Shown: in pieces, positions 62,606-64,000 of the stretch
Position numbering within the stretch: the first letter of the stretch is position 1
How the letters are laid out: each line of letters begins with the position of its first letter
Assembly: GCA_937920345.1 (NCBI GenBank)
Contig: CALGVA010000031.1
Span: 8,824 to 72,823, forward strand
Length of the DNA stretch: 64,000 nt
Source: an uncultured Lachnospiraceae bacterium
GTDB taxonomy: Bacteria; Bacillota; Clostridia; Lachnospirales; Lachnospiraceae
Direction of reading: 5' to 3'
Made by a program: the position numbers and the translations under genes
Notes under the pieces: generated by a model
What the model saw: only the letters and a program-made list of their open reading frames with translations
What the model was told of the DNA's origin: nothing
The model's database searches: none

Positions 62606-64000
62606 AATAGTATCTCACCTCCTGCATAGCCGGCTTCTCCGTCCTGTCCGCAAACACGATCCCGTTGCCGGAAAACTCATAGTCGCTCGGTCTGTCATCA
62701 AAGTCACCCCCGTAGCACAGTATATTTCGTCCTGTCAGCCGGTCTTTTGTATAAACCGCCTGATCAATATAATCCCATATGAACCCGCCCTGATACATCT
62801 CAAAGCGATCCAGCAGATCAATATAGGACTTCATCCCGCCGATGGAATTTCCCATATCATGCATATACTCGCACAGGATAAAAGGCTTCTTCGGATCATG
62901 TTCCAGATATTCCACGATTTCATCGGGCGTCGCATACATGCGGCTCTCCACCTCGGATACCGTATCTTCATAAGCACGGTCATAGACCACACCCTCATAG
63001 TGGACCAGCCTGCTGTCGTCCTTTTCCTTGAAAAAGGTCTGCATCGCCTCAATATCGTCCCCCACATAGGACTCATTTCCAAGCGACCAGAACAGGACGG
63101 ACGGATGGTTCTTAAATATTTCAAAATTGCTTCTCGCCCTGTCCACAACTGCCTCTCTCCACTCAGGCAGACTGCCCGGCACATTCCATGACGGCTCCGT
63201 AAACACCTTCTGCCAGGATCCATGGCTCTCGAGGTTCGTCTCCGACATCATATAGATACCGTTTCGGTCGCACAATGTATACCACGGAATCTGATCCGGA
63301 TAATGACAGGTTCTCACCGCATTAATATTGTTGCGCTTAAAGCACTCGATATCCCATTCCATATCCTGCATTGTAATACATCTGCCGCCCTGCGCGCTCC
63401 ACTCATGCCGGTTGACACCGTTAATAATCAGTCTCCGGCCGTTAAAGTAAATCACCTTATCACAAATCTCAATACGCCGAAAGCCAATCTCGCAGGGGAC
63501 CACCTCCATGACATCGCCGTCTTCGTCCCGCAGCGTAATCACAAGCCTGTACAGATACGGATCGTGGTTGCTCCACGGCATCACCTTCCCAAGCGTCTGC
63601 GGTTCCAGCGCCGTCTCCACTCCCGCCGGCAGCGTACCGCTTACACACACGCCGCCTTCTCTGTCGAACAGCGTATATTCCACTTTTGCCTGCTCGACCG
63701 GATAATCCGCTTCCCCGGAGAGCTTCATCTGCAGCGCCAGTGTTCCCGACTGCAGATCCGGCATTAGCACCGGCTTCACCCACAGATCTTCCACATGCAG
63801 CTTCGGTTTTGCATACAATGTGACATTTCTGTAGATACCGGAAAACCGGAAGAAGTCCTGATCTTCCAGATACACCGCCGTACTGTTCTTATACACTTCC
63901 ACCGCCAGTACATTACCCTGGTCTTTGATATAAGGGGTTAAGTCAAATTCTGAAGGGACAAAGCTGTCCTCCGCATACCCTATGAACTGCCCGTTCAGCC
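62589..64000 (-). CDS. lacL: GH2 beta-galactosidase large subunit, 5'-truncated by the window edge
   Basis: The frame stays open to base 64000 (LNGQFIGYAEDSFVPSEFDLTPYIKDQGNVLAVEVYK...). GH2 TIM-barrel blocks NAVRTCHYP, WSLGNES and ILCEYMHDMGNS are present. Confidence 0.85.
   Translation of the reverse strand, partial: LNGQFIGYAEDSFVPSEFDLTPYIKDQGNVLAVEVYKNSTAVYLEDQDFFRFSGIYRNVTLYAKPKLHVEDLWVKPVLMPDLQSGTLALQMKLSGEADYPVEQAKVEYTLFDREGGVCVSGTLPAGVETALEPQTLGKVMPWSNHDPYLYRLVITLRDEDGDVMEVVPCEIGFRRIEICDKVIYFNGRRLIINGVNRHEWSAQGGRCITMQDMEWDIECFKRNNINAVRTCHYPDQIPWYTLCDRNGIYMMSETNLESHGSWQKVFTEPSWNVPGSLPEWREAVVDRARSNFEIFKNHPSVLFWSLGNESYVGDDIEAMQTFFKEKDDSRLVHYEGVVYDRAYEDTVSEVESRMYATPDEIVEYLEHDPKKPFILCEYMHDMGNSIGGMKSYIDLLDRFEMYQGGFIWDYIDQAVYTKDRLTGRNILCYGGDFDDRPSDYEFSGNGIVFADRTEKPAMQEVRYYYGLHK

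Noticed and set aside
1-64000. Mobile elements, CRISPR arrays, tRNA/rRNA genes, toxin-antitoxin or known phage-defence genes.
   Set aside because: I looked for transposase, integrase or recombinase-like translations, regularly spaced direct repeats and tRNA-like cloverleaf segments. I found none. Every long ORF is accounted for by glycan-related or lac functions.

Overview
Moderately GC-rich, Firmicutes/Clostridia-like sequence (taxon is a guess). Bases 1-61520 form one almost uninterrupted minus-strand glycan-biosynthesis mega-locus of about 50 co-directional genes. The only plus-strand gene is a NUDIX hydrolase at 53325-53858. The right edge (61634-64000) is an overlapping lacL/lacM heterodimeric GH2 beta-galactosidase pair. 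From motifs I read about 18 glycosyltransferases: 4 cytoplasmic GT2 plus 1 GtrB-like GT2, 6 GT4, 3 GT11, 1 GT10, 1 GT17, 1 DUF5672-like and 1 sialyltransferase-like. There are also two initiating phosphoglycosyl transferases (large WbaP type and small PglC type), two Wzy/WaaL-family membrane proteins and two fused MsbA/PglK-type ABC exporters. Sugar-precursor modules are: (i) PglF/PglE/PglC-like plus an ATP-grasp ligase; (ii) a UDP-HexNAc dehydrogenase and 4-epimerase with a formyltransferase, a deacetylase-like protein and two AsnB-like amidotransferases; (iii) a WecE-like transaminase, GNAT, GtrB, GtrA, an O-acyltransferase and three GT-C-like proteins; (iv) a pseudaminic-acid-like nonulosonate module containing a PLP-aminotransferase-like::PseG fusion. 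I saw no Wzx, Wzz/CpsCD, LCP ligase, GDP-fucose or dTDP-sugar precursor genes, rRNA/tRNA, CRISPR or transposase/integrase genes. Non-coding curiosities are a 275-bp structured spacer with three copies of a 14-nt motif, a 240-bp AT-rich island, back-to-back promoters sharing one palindromic -35, recurrent TGnTATACT promoters and several palindromes. All functional calls come from reading motifs by eye. No database search was run.
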